From positions 8,415-72,414 of the forward strand of contig CACEEO010000001.1 in assembly GCA_902558585.1 (NCBI GenBank): DNA of 64,000 nt. The letters run 5' to 3'. Below the pieces are notes generated by a model that was not told the DNA's origin, ran no database searches, and saw only the letters and a list, made by a program, of their open reading frames with translations. The DNA comes from an uncultured Pelagibacteraceae bacterium. GTDB lineage: Bacteria; Pseudomonadota; Alphaproteobacteria; Pelagibacterales; Pelagibacteraceae. The translations under genes were made by a program, and so were the position numbers. Positions 32,854-41,386 of the stretch are shown here, piece by piece. How positions within the stretch are numbered: position 1 is the stretch's first letter; each line of letters begins with the position of its first letter.

Positions 32854-33588
32854 TTAATGGTGTAAATTTAATGCATCATTTAAATAGATGCAGGTTAAGA
32901 TTGCAAAAACATAAGCTTGAAGAAAAGCAACTAAGATCTCCAAACCAGTTAAGGCAACCGAAAAACTTAGTGGAAGCCACCCACCAACTATTCCAAGGCT
33001 TATTACAAAGCCCCCGAAAACTTTCATCATTGTATGACCAGCCATCATATTAGCAAATAATCTAACCGATAAACTTATAGGTCTACTTAAATAAGAAATA
33101 ATTTCTATAACAACAATCAAAGGGAGCAACACTGCAGGTACTCCACTTGGAACAAATAATTTTAAATACCCAAATCCATGTTTAATAAACCCAATGACAG
33201 TCACTCCAATAAATATAAATGCTGCAAGTACAAATGTTACAATGATATGACTAGTTACAGTGAAAGTATAAGGTATCATTCCAAACATGTTACAAAATAA
33301 AACAAACATGAATAGAGAAAATATAAATGCAAAGTATGGTTTGGCTTTTGATCCAGCTGTATCGCTAATCATTTTGGATACAAAGGTATAGCTAAGTTCT
33401 GCTAATAATTGAATTTTATTTGGTAGTATTGAATTTTTTTTTGATCCCAAGTTAAAGATTAACAAAATAGACACAGTACTTAAAATCATAAACAAACTTG
33501 CATTCGTAAACGATATGTCGAATGCTCCAACTTTAATTTCTGGTCCAATTCTATAAACGTCAAATTGGGACATAGGATTTGCTGCCAT
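32854..33588 (-). CDS. atpB: F0 ATP synthase subunit a
   Basis: SRPISLSVRLFANMMAGH, LQAYVF. Confidence 0.99.
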   Translation of the reverse strand: MAANPMSQFDVYRIGPEIKVGAFDISFTNASLFMILSTVSILLIFNLGSKKNSILPNKIQLLAELSYTFVSKMISDTAGSKAKPYFAFIFSLFMFVLFCNMFGMIPYTFTVTSHIIVTFVLAAFIFIGVTVIGFIKHGFGYLKLFVPSGVPAVLLPLIVVIEIISYLSRPISLSVRLFANMMAGHTMMKVFGGFVISLGIVGGWLPLSFSVALTGLEILVAFLQAYVFAILTCIYLNDALNLHH

Positions 33589-33597
33589 AATACTTAT

Positions 33598-33873
33598 TTA
33601 TTTTTGCATTTTTTTTGCAGATCTAATCACATTGGTTATTCCAGCAACTACACCAACAAAAAAAAATATTAATATAAACCAGGGTTTAGTACCAAAGGTC
33701 TTGTCAAAAATAAACCCAATAATTGTCCCCACAGCCACTGCAGAAACAAGTTCTGTACTCAATTTGAATGCAGTTCCTATAGGTGAAGGGTCATTCTTCT
33801 TATTGTAGAGATTTTTCTTTGAAATCTTGCTTTTTGCAATCTCTAAGCGAGTTTTGAAAGGGTCTTTTGGCAT
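33598..33873 (-). CDS. atpI: AtpZ/AtpI family protein
   Basis: Two TM segments, ELVSAVAVG..G..D..FGTKPW; first gene of F0 cluster. Confidence 0.88.
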   Translation of the reverse strand: MPKDPFKTRLEIAKSKISKKNLYNKKNDPSPIGTAFKLSTELVSAVAVGTIIGFIFDKTFGTKPWFILIFFFVGVVAGITNVIRSAKKMQK

Positions 33874-33882
33874 TTATATAGT

Positions 33883-36456
33883 TTAAGCAACCATACTCTC
33901 TGCTTTTTGTAAATCAACAGCCACAAGCTGACTAATTCCTTTTTGAGGCATAGTTACCCCATATAGTCTGTTCATTTTTGACATGGTTAAAGCATGATGG
34001 GTTACAATTATGAATTTGGTGTTGGTTATTTTAATTAGTTCCTCAAGTAAACTACAAAATCTTGTTACGTTAGCATCGTCAAGTGGTGCATCAACCTCAT
34101 CTAAAACACATATAGGCGAGGGGTTAGTTAAAAATACCGCAAAAATTAAAGAGAGCGCAGTCAATGCTTGTTCACCTCCAGATAACAAAGTTATAGATTG
34201 AAGTCTTTTTCCTGGAGGACTAACTAACATTTCTAAACCTGCTTCAAGCGGATCATCAGAGTCGACCAACTCTAATTTGGCATTTCCACCATTGAAAAGT
34301 TTTGTGTAAACTTCATTAAATTTTCTATTAACTTTTTCAAAAGCTTCAATCAATCTTTCTCTTCCTTTTTGATTAAGTTCATTAATACTATCTTTTAATT
34401 TTACAATAGCGGTAACAAGATCGGCACGATCTTGTTCCATTTTTTTTATCTCTTCTTCATATTTACTTGTTTCTTCATCTGCTTTTAAATTTACAGATCC
34501 TAATTTTTCTCTTTCTTGTTTTTTCTTGTCCAAAGCATCTTCTTGATCAACTGGATTTGGAAGCTCTTCTACACCATTTAAATTTGAATTTTCTAAAATA
34601 TTATCTTCATTCAAATTTAGTTCGGAACTAATTCTATCAAGCAGATCACTTTTTCTTTTTTGTAGACCTTCAATTGTAGCTCCTGAGCTTGCTTTTCTTT
34701 CTCTGATTTGAATTGATTGCTCTTGTATTTCGTTTAATTGCGTTCTTAACATTTCAATTTTTTGATCTGTTTCATCTATAATTGACTCATTATCAATTTT
34801 TTCTTTATCTGAAATTCTTAAATTTTCTGAAATTTGACCTTTTCTTTCCGCTTGTGCTCTAGGTTGGTTTTCTAAATCACTTAATAGTTTTGATAATTTT
34901 TCTTTTCTTTGTGTTAGTTCATTAACCATTTTTTCTGAGTTAGTTAATAAATTTTTCCAACTTTCAATTTCCGTTTCAATGGTTTTAATTCTTTCATTTC
35001 TTTTTATAGACTCATTTTTAATTGATTGATTTTTACTATATACATCGGCATATTTTTCTTGGAGTAATTTTATATTTTCTGATTTTTCACTAACTCCTAA
35101 TAATTCACTTCTAGATCTTTCATTTTTTAAATCATTTAAAAAACTATCTAGCTCCATATTACATCTATCTAGAAGTGTTACTGCTTGATTTATTTCGTTA
35201 CCATCTATTAATTCTTTTACTCTTGATATTGTATGTTTTACATTTCTTATTGGGCCAACGCTTATATTTACAGTTTCTTCTGCTAGACTTTTTACAACTT
35301 CATCAACAGCTTTTTGTTCTTCTTTAAGTTTATTTTTTGCACTTTCTAGCTCTTCATTAGATAATTTTTCTGTTTCAAAATACTTCGAGTCTGTCTCAAT
35401 TAATTCAGTTTTTTCTTCCTTCAATCTTTTTTCATTTGAGTTAGCATCTATAATAATCCCTTTTTCTCTCGTGATATCATCATCTAGTGTTTGAATTGAT
35501 TTTTTGATGCTTTCTATCTCATCTTGAATTCTTGTATTTTCCTCATCTAAACTTTGAAGTTCTAAATTAAGTCTTTGTATTCTTGATAAATTTTCTATAT
35601 TTTTTTCTCTCAATGGATTTACTTTATCTGTAAAAGTTTTAATTGAATTTTCTAATTCAGATATTTTGTTATTAAATTCTTCTACTTCTCCTTCTGCCTC
35701 AGTATTAATTTCATTTTCTATTCTGATTTCTTTATCTATTTCTAATAATTTTAAATAATATAATCCCGCTTCAATTTTTTTAATTTGATCTGAAATTAGT
35801 TTGTATTTTGTTGCCTCTTCAGCTTGTTTTTGAAGATTTGCCAATTGTTTTTCTTGTTGTCTTCTGAGTTCATCTGCTCTTTTTAAATTATTCTCAGCCG
35901 CACCTAATCTTAATTCAGCCTCATGTCTTCTAACGTGTAAACCAGATATTCCTGCAGCTTCTTCTAAAATAGCCCTTCTGTCTGTTGGTTTCGCAGTTAC
36001 TAATGCACCTATTCTTCCTTGACTAATCATAGATGGAGAGTGTGCACCAGTCGAAAGATCTGCAAAAAACATTTGCGCATCTCTTGCTCTTACTTCTTTA
36101 TCATTAATGTAAAATTTAGATCCTTTATCTTTTTCTATTTTTCTTCTAACTTGTATTTGTTCCAATTCACGGAATTGGATCGGACCTTCTTTATCTTTGT
36201 TTTCAACTTCGATTGATACTTCTGCAATATTTTTTGATGCTTTATTAGATGTACCTGAAAATATAACATCCTCCATACCAGATCCACGCATACTTTTTGC
36301 CGAGGTTTCTCCCATTACCCATCTTAAAGATTCTACAATGTTAGATTTTCCACAGCCGTTGGGACCCACTATACCAGTAAGGCCATCTTCAATTAAGAAG
36401 TTGGTTTTTTCAGCAAAAGATTTAAATCCGTTTAATTGGATTTTTTTAAACTCCAT
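33883..36456 (-). CDS. smc: Chromosome segregation protein SMC (short, 857 aa)
   Basis: GFKSF, Walker A GPNGCGKSN, Q-loop ISQG, LSGGE, LDEVDAPLD; long coiled coils. Confidence 0.96.
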   Translation of the reverse strand: MEFKKIQLNGFKSFAEKTNFLIEDGLTGIVGPNGCGKSNIVESLRWVMGETSAKSMRGSGMEDVIFSGTSNKASKNIAEVSIEVENKDKEGPIQFRELEQIQVRRKIEKDKGSKFYINDKEVRARDAQMFFADLSTGAHSPSMISQGRIGALVTAKPTDRRAILEEAAGISGLHVRRHEAELRLGAAENNLKRADELRRQQEKQLANLQKQAEEATKYKLISDQIKKIEAGLYYLKLLEIDKEIRIENEINTEAEGEVEEFNNKISELENSIKTFTDKVNPLREKNIENLSRIQRLNLELQSLDEENTRIQDEIESIKKSIQTLDDDITREKGIIIDANSNEKRLKEEKTELIETDSKYFETEKLSNEELESAKNKLKEEQKAVDEVVKSLAEETVNISVGPIRNVKHTISRVKELIDGNEINQAVTLLDRCNMELDSFLNDLKNERSRSELLGVSEKSENIKLLQEKYADVYSKNQSIKNESIKRNERIKTIETEIESWKNLLTNSEKMVNELTQRKEKLSKLLSDLENQPRAQAERKGQISENLRISDKEKIDNESIIDETDQKIEMLRTQLNEIQEQSIQIRERKASSGATIEGLQKRKSDLLDRISSELNLNEDNILENSNLNGVEELPNPVDQEDALDKKKQEREKLGSVNLKADEETSKYEEEIKKMEQDRADLVTAIVKLKDSINELNQKGRERLIEAFEKVNRKFNEVYTKLFNGGNAKLELVDSDDPLEAGLEMLVSPPGKRLQSITLLSGGEQALTALSLIFAVFLTNPSPICVLDEVDAPLDDANVTRFCSLLEELIKITNTKFIIVTHHALTMSKMNRLYGVTMPQKGISQLVAVDLQKAESMVA

Positions 36457-36464
36457 GAACTAAC

Positions 36465-37043
36465 TTATATCAGTTTTTCTAATGCTTTTTTCAAATTTTT
36501 ATAAGTTAGAGCTTTTTCAAATTTTTCGTTGTTGATAATTATCGTAGGAGTTGAGCTTACTTTGAAGTTTTTAGTACCATCGATTCGATCATTTAAAACA
36601 AAATCCTCAATTTCCTTATTATTTATACAAGTATCAAAATCAATACTAAAACCTTCATTTTTTAAAAATTTTTGGAGATTTTTATTTGCCTCCTGTATCG
36701 AACTTCCTTTGACCCATTTCTGTTGATTTGCATATAAGCTTTCCAAAATATCAGAGTTTCCATCATTTTTACATTGAGCAACTTTTGATGCATTGAAGGC
36801 CGCTATGTCTAATGGAAAATGTCTAAATTCAATCTTAGCGATTCCAGTATCAAGAAATTCTTTTTTAAGTTCAGGGAAAACATTTTTGTGAAAATTAGCA
36901 CAATGACTACAAGTTAATGATTCAAAAGCTATAATAGTTATTTTTGCATCTTTGTTTCCAACAGTTATCCTTTTTATTTCCTCAGCTTGTACATTTAAGA
37001 CTGTAGTAAAAAATATTAATAATAAGAATATAATTTTTTTCAT
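36465..37043 (-). CDS. DsbA-like thioredoxin-fold protein
   Basis: Signal peptide, CSHC, RHFPLD, STPT cis-Pro loop. Confidence 0.9.
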   Translation of the reverse strand: MKKIIFLLLIFFTTVLNVQAEEIKRITVGNKDAKITIIAFESLTCSHCANFHKNVFPELKKEFLDTGIAKIEFRHFPLDIAAFNASKVAQCKNDGNSDILESLYANQQKWVKGSSIQEANKNLQKFLKNEGFSIDFDTCINNKEIEDFVLNDRIDGTKNFKVSSTPTIIINNEKFEKALTYKNLKKALEKLI

Positions 37044-37528
37044 TTCTCTCTAAAAACCTTAGTTAACTCTGTTAATGATTTTTTAATTTTTTCGTTTTTA
37101 ACATCTTTAATTTTATCTTGATATTTACTAATTGCCACATTTTTAACTTTTGTGTAACTCGAGCCCGTCATTTCATGTTCGTCATCAAAACTTATAAATT
37201 TAAGCTTTTCAACAACAGAATAGCCAAAAAAATTATTCATTTTATTTAAAATATCTTTTTTCGAATATTCCACGTCAACTTCATGTCCTCGCTTGACCAT
37301 AACCACTAAGGTGCTAACACCAAATTTATTTGAATTTTTAAATGTTTTTGGATAGCAAATTTTAAATAATTCGCTGCCGACTAAATATTTCCAATTGCTC
37401 AGCGTTTCTGAATATACATGCCCTTTTTTATTTATTATTTTTTTGACATTTTTTGGCAAAGTGTCTTTGAAAGATCTTAATCCTTGAATGCTAGCGTTTC
37501 TCTGCTTAGTATTATTTTTAGATTGCAT
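37040..37528 (-). CDS. DUF721 / DciA-like protein (putative helicase loader)
   Basis: W..LVG, TLVV and IL.KMN.FFGY.VV.KL patterns; mutY<>DUF721-dsbA-smc order typical of Alphaproteobacteria. Confidence 0.75.
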   Translation of the reverse strand: MQSKNNTKQRNASIQGLRSFKDTLPKNVKKIINKKGHVYSETLSNWKYLVGSELFKICYPKTFKNSNKFGVSTLVVMVKRGHEVDVEYSKKDILNKMNNFFGYSVVEKLKFISFDDEHEMTGSSYTKVKNVAISKYQDKIKDVKNEKIKKSLTELTKVFREK

Positions 37529-38515
37529 ATGAAAGATCCAATAATAACAAATAATATTCTTAATTGGTATGATTTAAATAAAAGATCTTTACCTTGGAGA
37601 AAGAATGTTTCTCAAACAAAAAAGCAATACTACACTTTAATAAGTGAATTTATGTTGCAGCAAACCCAGGTTGCAACGGTAATACCTTACTTTAACAGAT
37701 TTATAAAAAATATTCCCACAATAGAAAAATTGTCTAAATATGATGATGGAAAATTAATTAAACTTTGGGAGGGTCTTGGATACTATTCAAGAGTAAGAAA
37801 TTTAAAAAAAACAGCTCAAATAGTTGTTAAAAATTTTAATAAAAAAATACCTAGAAATTTTGTAGATTTAAAGTCTCTTCCAGGAATTGGAGATTATACA
37901 GCAAGTGCAATTTCTGCAATTGCATTCAATGAACCAATAATTCCTCTAGATGGTAATATTGAAAGAGTACTAAAGAGATACTTATTTTTGAAAAAACAAG
38001 ATCAAATAAAAAAAGAAAATTTACACGAGAAGAAAAAAATTTTTGGAACATCTATCAAAAGGTCTAGTGATTATGCTCAAGCTTTAATGGAATTAGGAGC
38101 AATAATTTGTAAACCTGTTAATCCTAATTGTAAGAACTGTCCATTAGTAAAAAAATGCAAATCATTTAAAAATAAAAATTTTGATTTAGTAAAATTTAAA
38201 AAAAAAGATAAGGAAACTTTTTATAAGCTTAATGTTTATAAAAAAAATAATCATTATTTATTAATCAAAAATAATAAATTTAATTTTTTGAAAAATTTTA
38301 ATATTTTCCCGATGGAGGAAGTAAATAATCCTAAAAATTTTGATAAAGATTTGAATTTTAAAATGTCTAATATGAGTATGAATATTAAAATTGAATTTAA
38401 AAATAAATATAATTTAAATAAAAATAATTATTGGATTGATCCAACAAAGCTTCAAAATTATACACTGCCAACATTTACAAAAAAGATAGTTAAATTTTTA
38501 GAAAGTCACAAATGA
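37529..38515 (+). CDS. mutY: A/G-specific adenine glycosylase
   Basis: SEFMLQQTQV, WEGLGYYSR, LPGIGDYTA, DGN, Fe-S motif C-x6-C-x2-C-x5-C; ATG 37529. Confidence 0.97.
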   Translation: MKDPIITNNILNWYDLNKRSLPWRKNVSQTKKQYYTLISEFMLQQTQVATVIPYFNRFIKNIPTIEKLSKYDDGKLIKLWEGLGYYSRVRNLKKTAQIVVKNFNKKIPRNFVDLKSLPGIGDYTASAISAIAFNEPIIPLDGNIERVLKRYLFLKKQDQIKKENLHEKKKIFGTSIKRSSDYAQALMELGAIICKPVNPNCKNCPLVKKCKSFKNKNFDLVKFKKKDKETFYKLNVYKKNNHYLLIKNNKFNFLKNFNIFPMEEVNNPKNFDKDLNFKMSNMSMNIKIEFKNKYNLNKNNYWIDPTKLQNYTLPTFTKKIVKFLESHK

Positions 38516-39654
38516 AAAAAATTGCAATAATTGGTGCTGGAATTTCTGGTTTGTATATTGCCAATTTATTCAAAGATCATAAGGATTATCAGGTTACGAT
38601 TTATGAAAAAAGGAATTCAATAGAAATGGAAGAAGGCTATGGAATTCAGCTGTCGGTAAATAGCGTGAAGCTTTTAAATAAAATAGGCTTCGCTTCTCTC
38701 ACTAAAGAGGAAAAATTTAATCCAAAAAAAATTGATTTTTATGAAATTAAAAATTTAAAAAAAGTTTGTGACTTAGAGATTTCAAAATTTAATTCTGAAG
38801 ATTGTAAATACACAACATTGAAAAGATCAAAATTACTTCAATTTTTAAAAAAACAACTGGACGAAGATATAATTAAATATAACCACAGTATTGAAAAGAT
38901 TGATTATAATAAAGATTCAATAAAATTAATATTTGATAAAAATAAAATAACTTGTGATTATTTAATTATTTCAGACGGCGTGTTTTCTAAGGGGAAATTA
39001 TTAATTTCAACCAATAAATCAAAACCAACTTATAATCATACGATTGCTATTAGGGGCACTATATCGAGAGAAAATTTTCAAAATATAAATGAAGAAAATA
39101 TTTCTTTGTTTTTAGGACCGAATTTTCATTATGTTGTTTATCCAATTAATAATGGTGAACAATTAAATTTTATTGGCATTTTAAAACATAAATTAAATTC
39201 AAATGAGCAAGAGAACTATAATCTTTTTAATGAGAGTTCTTTTATAAAAAATATTAAATATAAATTATCTCAAAAAGTTTCCCAAAGTTTTTTGGAAAGT
39301 CTTCAAAATATTAAATTATTTCCAATATTTGTAAGTAAAAATTTATACAATCCTCCAAAAAATATATTCCTTGTAGGAGATGCATTTTTTGCTTTTTCAC
39401 CTTCATTTGCGCAGGGAGCTTCCCAATCAATTGAGGGAGCTAATGAATTATATGAATGTGTAATAAATAATAATAATTTTTATGATATCAGATTAAAGAG
39501 AGTAAAAATGATTAACAGTAGATCTAATTTCAATCAATTTGCCTTCCATTTATCAAATCCGATTATGATCATATTTAGAAATATTTTTTTAAAACTTTTA
39601 ACTAAAAATAAAAACTTTTTACAAAGTTATTTGGGTAAAATTTATAAAAGTTAA
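38512..39654 (+). CDS. FAD-dependent monooxygenase (salicylate-hydroxylase-like), substrate unknown
   Basis: GAGISG, GYGIQLS, SDG, GDA..P..AQGA. Confidence 0.82.
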   Translation: MKKIAIIGAGISGLYIANLFKDHKDYQVTIYEKRNSIEMEEGYGIQLSVNSVKLLNKIGFASLTKEEKFNPKKIDFYEIKNLKKVCDLEISKFNSEDCKYTTLKRSKLLQFLKKQLDEDIIKYNHSIEKIDYNKDSIKLIFDKNKITCDYLIISDGVFSKGKLLISTNKSKPTYNHTIAIRGTISRENFQNINEENISLFLGPNFHYVVYPINNGEQLNFIGILKHKLNSNEQENYNLFNESSFIKNIKYKLSQKVSQSFLESLQNIKLFPIFVSKNLYNPPKNIFLVGDAFFAFSPSFAQGASQSIEGANELYECVINNNNFYDIRLKRVKMINSRSNFNQFAFHLSNPIMIIFRNIFLKLLTKNKNFLQSYLGKIYKS

Positions 39655-40721
39655 TTTTTAGAAATTAATCTTTGTCTTAGATAATCAATAGGATAAGTTC
39701 GTCCATTTATATCACAGTGCCAAAAAGTCCATCCGTTGCAACTTTCAGCTCCTAAAATAGTAGCCGCAACTTTGTGTATAGAACCCTCTGCTTGATTATG
39801 TTTTATACTACCATCAGCCATAATTCTGGCTGTTATTTTTTTCTTATTATCAAAAATATTAGTTCCAGGTTTAATTATTCCAAGCTCAACTAATGAACCA
39901 AAAGGAATTCTTGGTTTTGATCTATTATTTTTTAGCGTATCTAATAAATCGTCTTTAATAGGCTTTGTAGTTTTTATGCGTTGCTCTGCAGCTTTAAAAT
40001 AATTTTTTTCTTTTTCTATTCCAAAATAATTTCTCCCTAGTTTTTTTGCTACCGTAGCTGTTGTTCCTGATCCTAAAAAAGGATCAAGTATGAGGTCATT
40101 TTTATTTGATGTAGCTAGTAAAATTCTATGTAATAGTGCTTCTGGTTTTTGTGTTGAGTGAATTTTTTTTCCATCCTTTTTAAGTCTTTCAGAACCATTG
40201 CATATTGGAAGATCCCAATTAGATCTCATTTGAAGATCATCATTTAAACATTTTAAAGATTGATAATTGAATATGTATTTTGATTTCTCACTTTTAGAAG
40301 CCCATATTAAAGTTTCATGAGCGTTAGTAAAACGTGTCCCTCTAAAATTTGGCATTGGATTATTTTTATTCCAAATAACATCGTTTAAAATCCAGAAACC
40401 TAAATTTTGGATTGCTGTGCCAACTCTAAAAATATTATGGTAGCTTCCTATAACCCAAATAGCTCCATCTTTTTTTAAAATTCTTTTACATTCACTAAGC
40501 CATTCATAAGTGAAATCATCATATTTTTTAAAATTTTCAAATTGATCCCACTTATCATTTACCGCACTAACCTTTGATCTATCTGGTCTAGTTAATTCAC
40601 TTTTTAATTGTAAGTTGTAAGGAGGATCAGCAAAAATTAAATCAAAAGTTTCACGTGGAATTTTTTTTAATTCTTCGAGACTATCTCCATTAATTATTTT
40701 ATTTTTGAAATCAGTTTTCAT
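39651..40721 (-). CDS. ccrM: CcrM-type adenine DNA methyltransferase
   Basis: DPPYNLQL, GSYHNIFRVG, PMPNFRGTRFTNAHET, HSTQKPE, FLGSGT, C-terminal SIH..CNGW domain; next to rnhB. Confidence 0.95.
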   Translation of the reverse strand: MKTDFKNKIINGDSLEELKKIPRETFDLIFADPPYNLQLKSELTRPDRSKVSAVNDKWDQFENFKKYDDFTYEWLSECKRILKKDGAIWVIGSYHNIFRVGTAIQNLGFWILNDVIWNKNNPMPNFRGTRFTNAHETLIWASKSEKSKYIFNYQSLKCLNDDLQMRSNWDLPICNGSERLKKDGKKIHSTQKPEALLHRILLATSNKNDLILDPFLGSGTTATVAKKLGRNYFGIEKEKNYFKAAEQRIKTTKPIKDDLLDTLKNNRSKPRIPFGSLVELGIIKPGTNIFDNKKKITARIMADGSIKHNQAEGSIHKVAATILGAESCNGWTFWHCDINGRTYPIDYLRQRLISKN

Positions 40722-40736
40722 TTGTAAAAATTAATT

Positions 40737-40826
40737 AGACTCCAAATGGATTCTGCGGTCAACCTGAGATTGAAAAATTTGGATTCGATTAGTGTTTCTA
40801 AATTAGAAGCTAACTAGATGTAGTGT
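40737..40826 (-). promoter_or_regulatory. ccrM upstream region with three GANTC sites and an NrdR-box-like element
   Basis: GACTC 40738, GATTC 40749, GATTC 40782; ACACTACATCTAGTTA (minus strand, 40826-40811). Confidence 0.55.
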
Positions 40827-41386
40827 TAATTTATTTTAGACATAGGTGAAAAAGTTTTTCTATGATGTTTAGTAATACCTAATTTTTTCAAAGCTTTTAA
40901 GTGCTGTTTTGTTCCGTACCCAAAGTTTTTATCCCAATCATAGCCTTTATTTTTTTTTGATAAGGTGGTTATAAATTTATCTCTTGATACTTTTGCAATT
41001 ATAGAAGCTGCCGAAATAGACGGGATTTTTTTATCTCCTTTAATAACTGATTTTAAATTATAATTTTCTAACTCTGGAGTTTTATTTCCATCTATCAGAA
41101 CGTGTGTTGGTTTTTTCTTAAGTTTTTTGATGGCTCTTTTCATAGCTAGCAAACTTGCTTGTAGTATGTTCAGCTTTTCTATTTCTTTGACAGAAGCTTT
41201 GCCTATGGACCAAGTAGAATTTTTTTTTATATATCTACATAGATACTCTCTCTCTTTTTTACTTAATAATTTTGAATCTTTTAATAACTTTGGATTAATT
41301 GATTTTTTTAAAATTACTGCTGAAGCATAAACAGGCCCAATCAAACTTCCTCTGCCAACCTCATCAACCCCAGCAATCACCTTCAT
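40826..41386 (-). CDS. rnhB: Ribonuclease HII
   Basis: GVDEVGRG, DSK, IDGN, KGD..SISAASIIAK, GYGT, HRKTF. Confidence 0.97.
   Translation of the reverse strand: MKVIAGVDEVGRGSLIGPVYASAVILKKSINPKLLKDSKLLSKKEREYLCRYIKKNSTWSIGKASVKEIEKLNILQASLLAMKRAIKKLKKKPTHVLIDGNKTPELENYNLKSVIKGDKKIPSISAASIIAKVSRDKFITTLSKKNKGYDWDKNFGYGTKQHLKALKKLGITKHHRKTFSPMSKIN

Noticed and set aside
35100-35290. Rad50/SbcC-type zinc hook, or a pseudogene, as explanation of the short SMC
   Set aside because: Only one Cys and no CxxC; head motifs are SMC-type, intact and in one frame
39651-40721. Methyltransferase as part of a restriction-modification system
   Set aside because: Sequence and rnhB context match the solitary CcrM; no endonuclease adjacent
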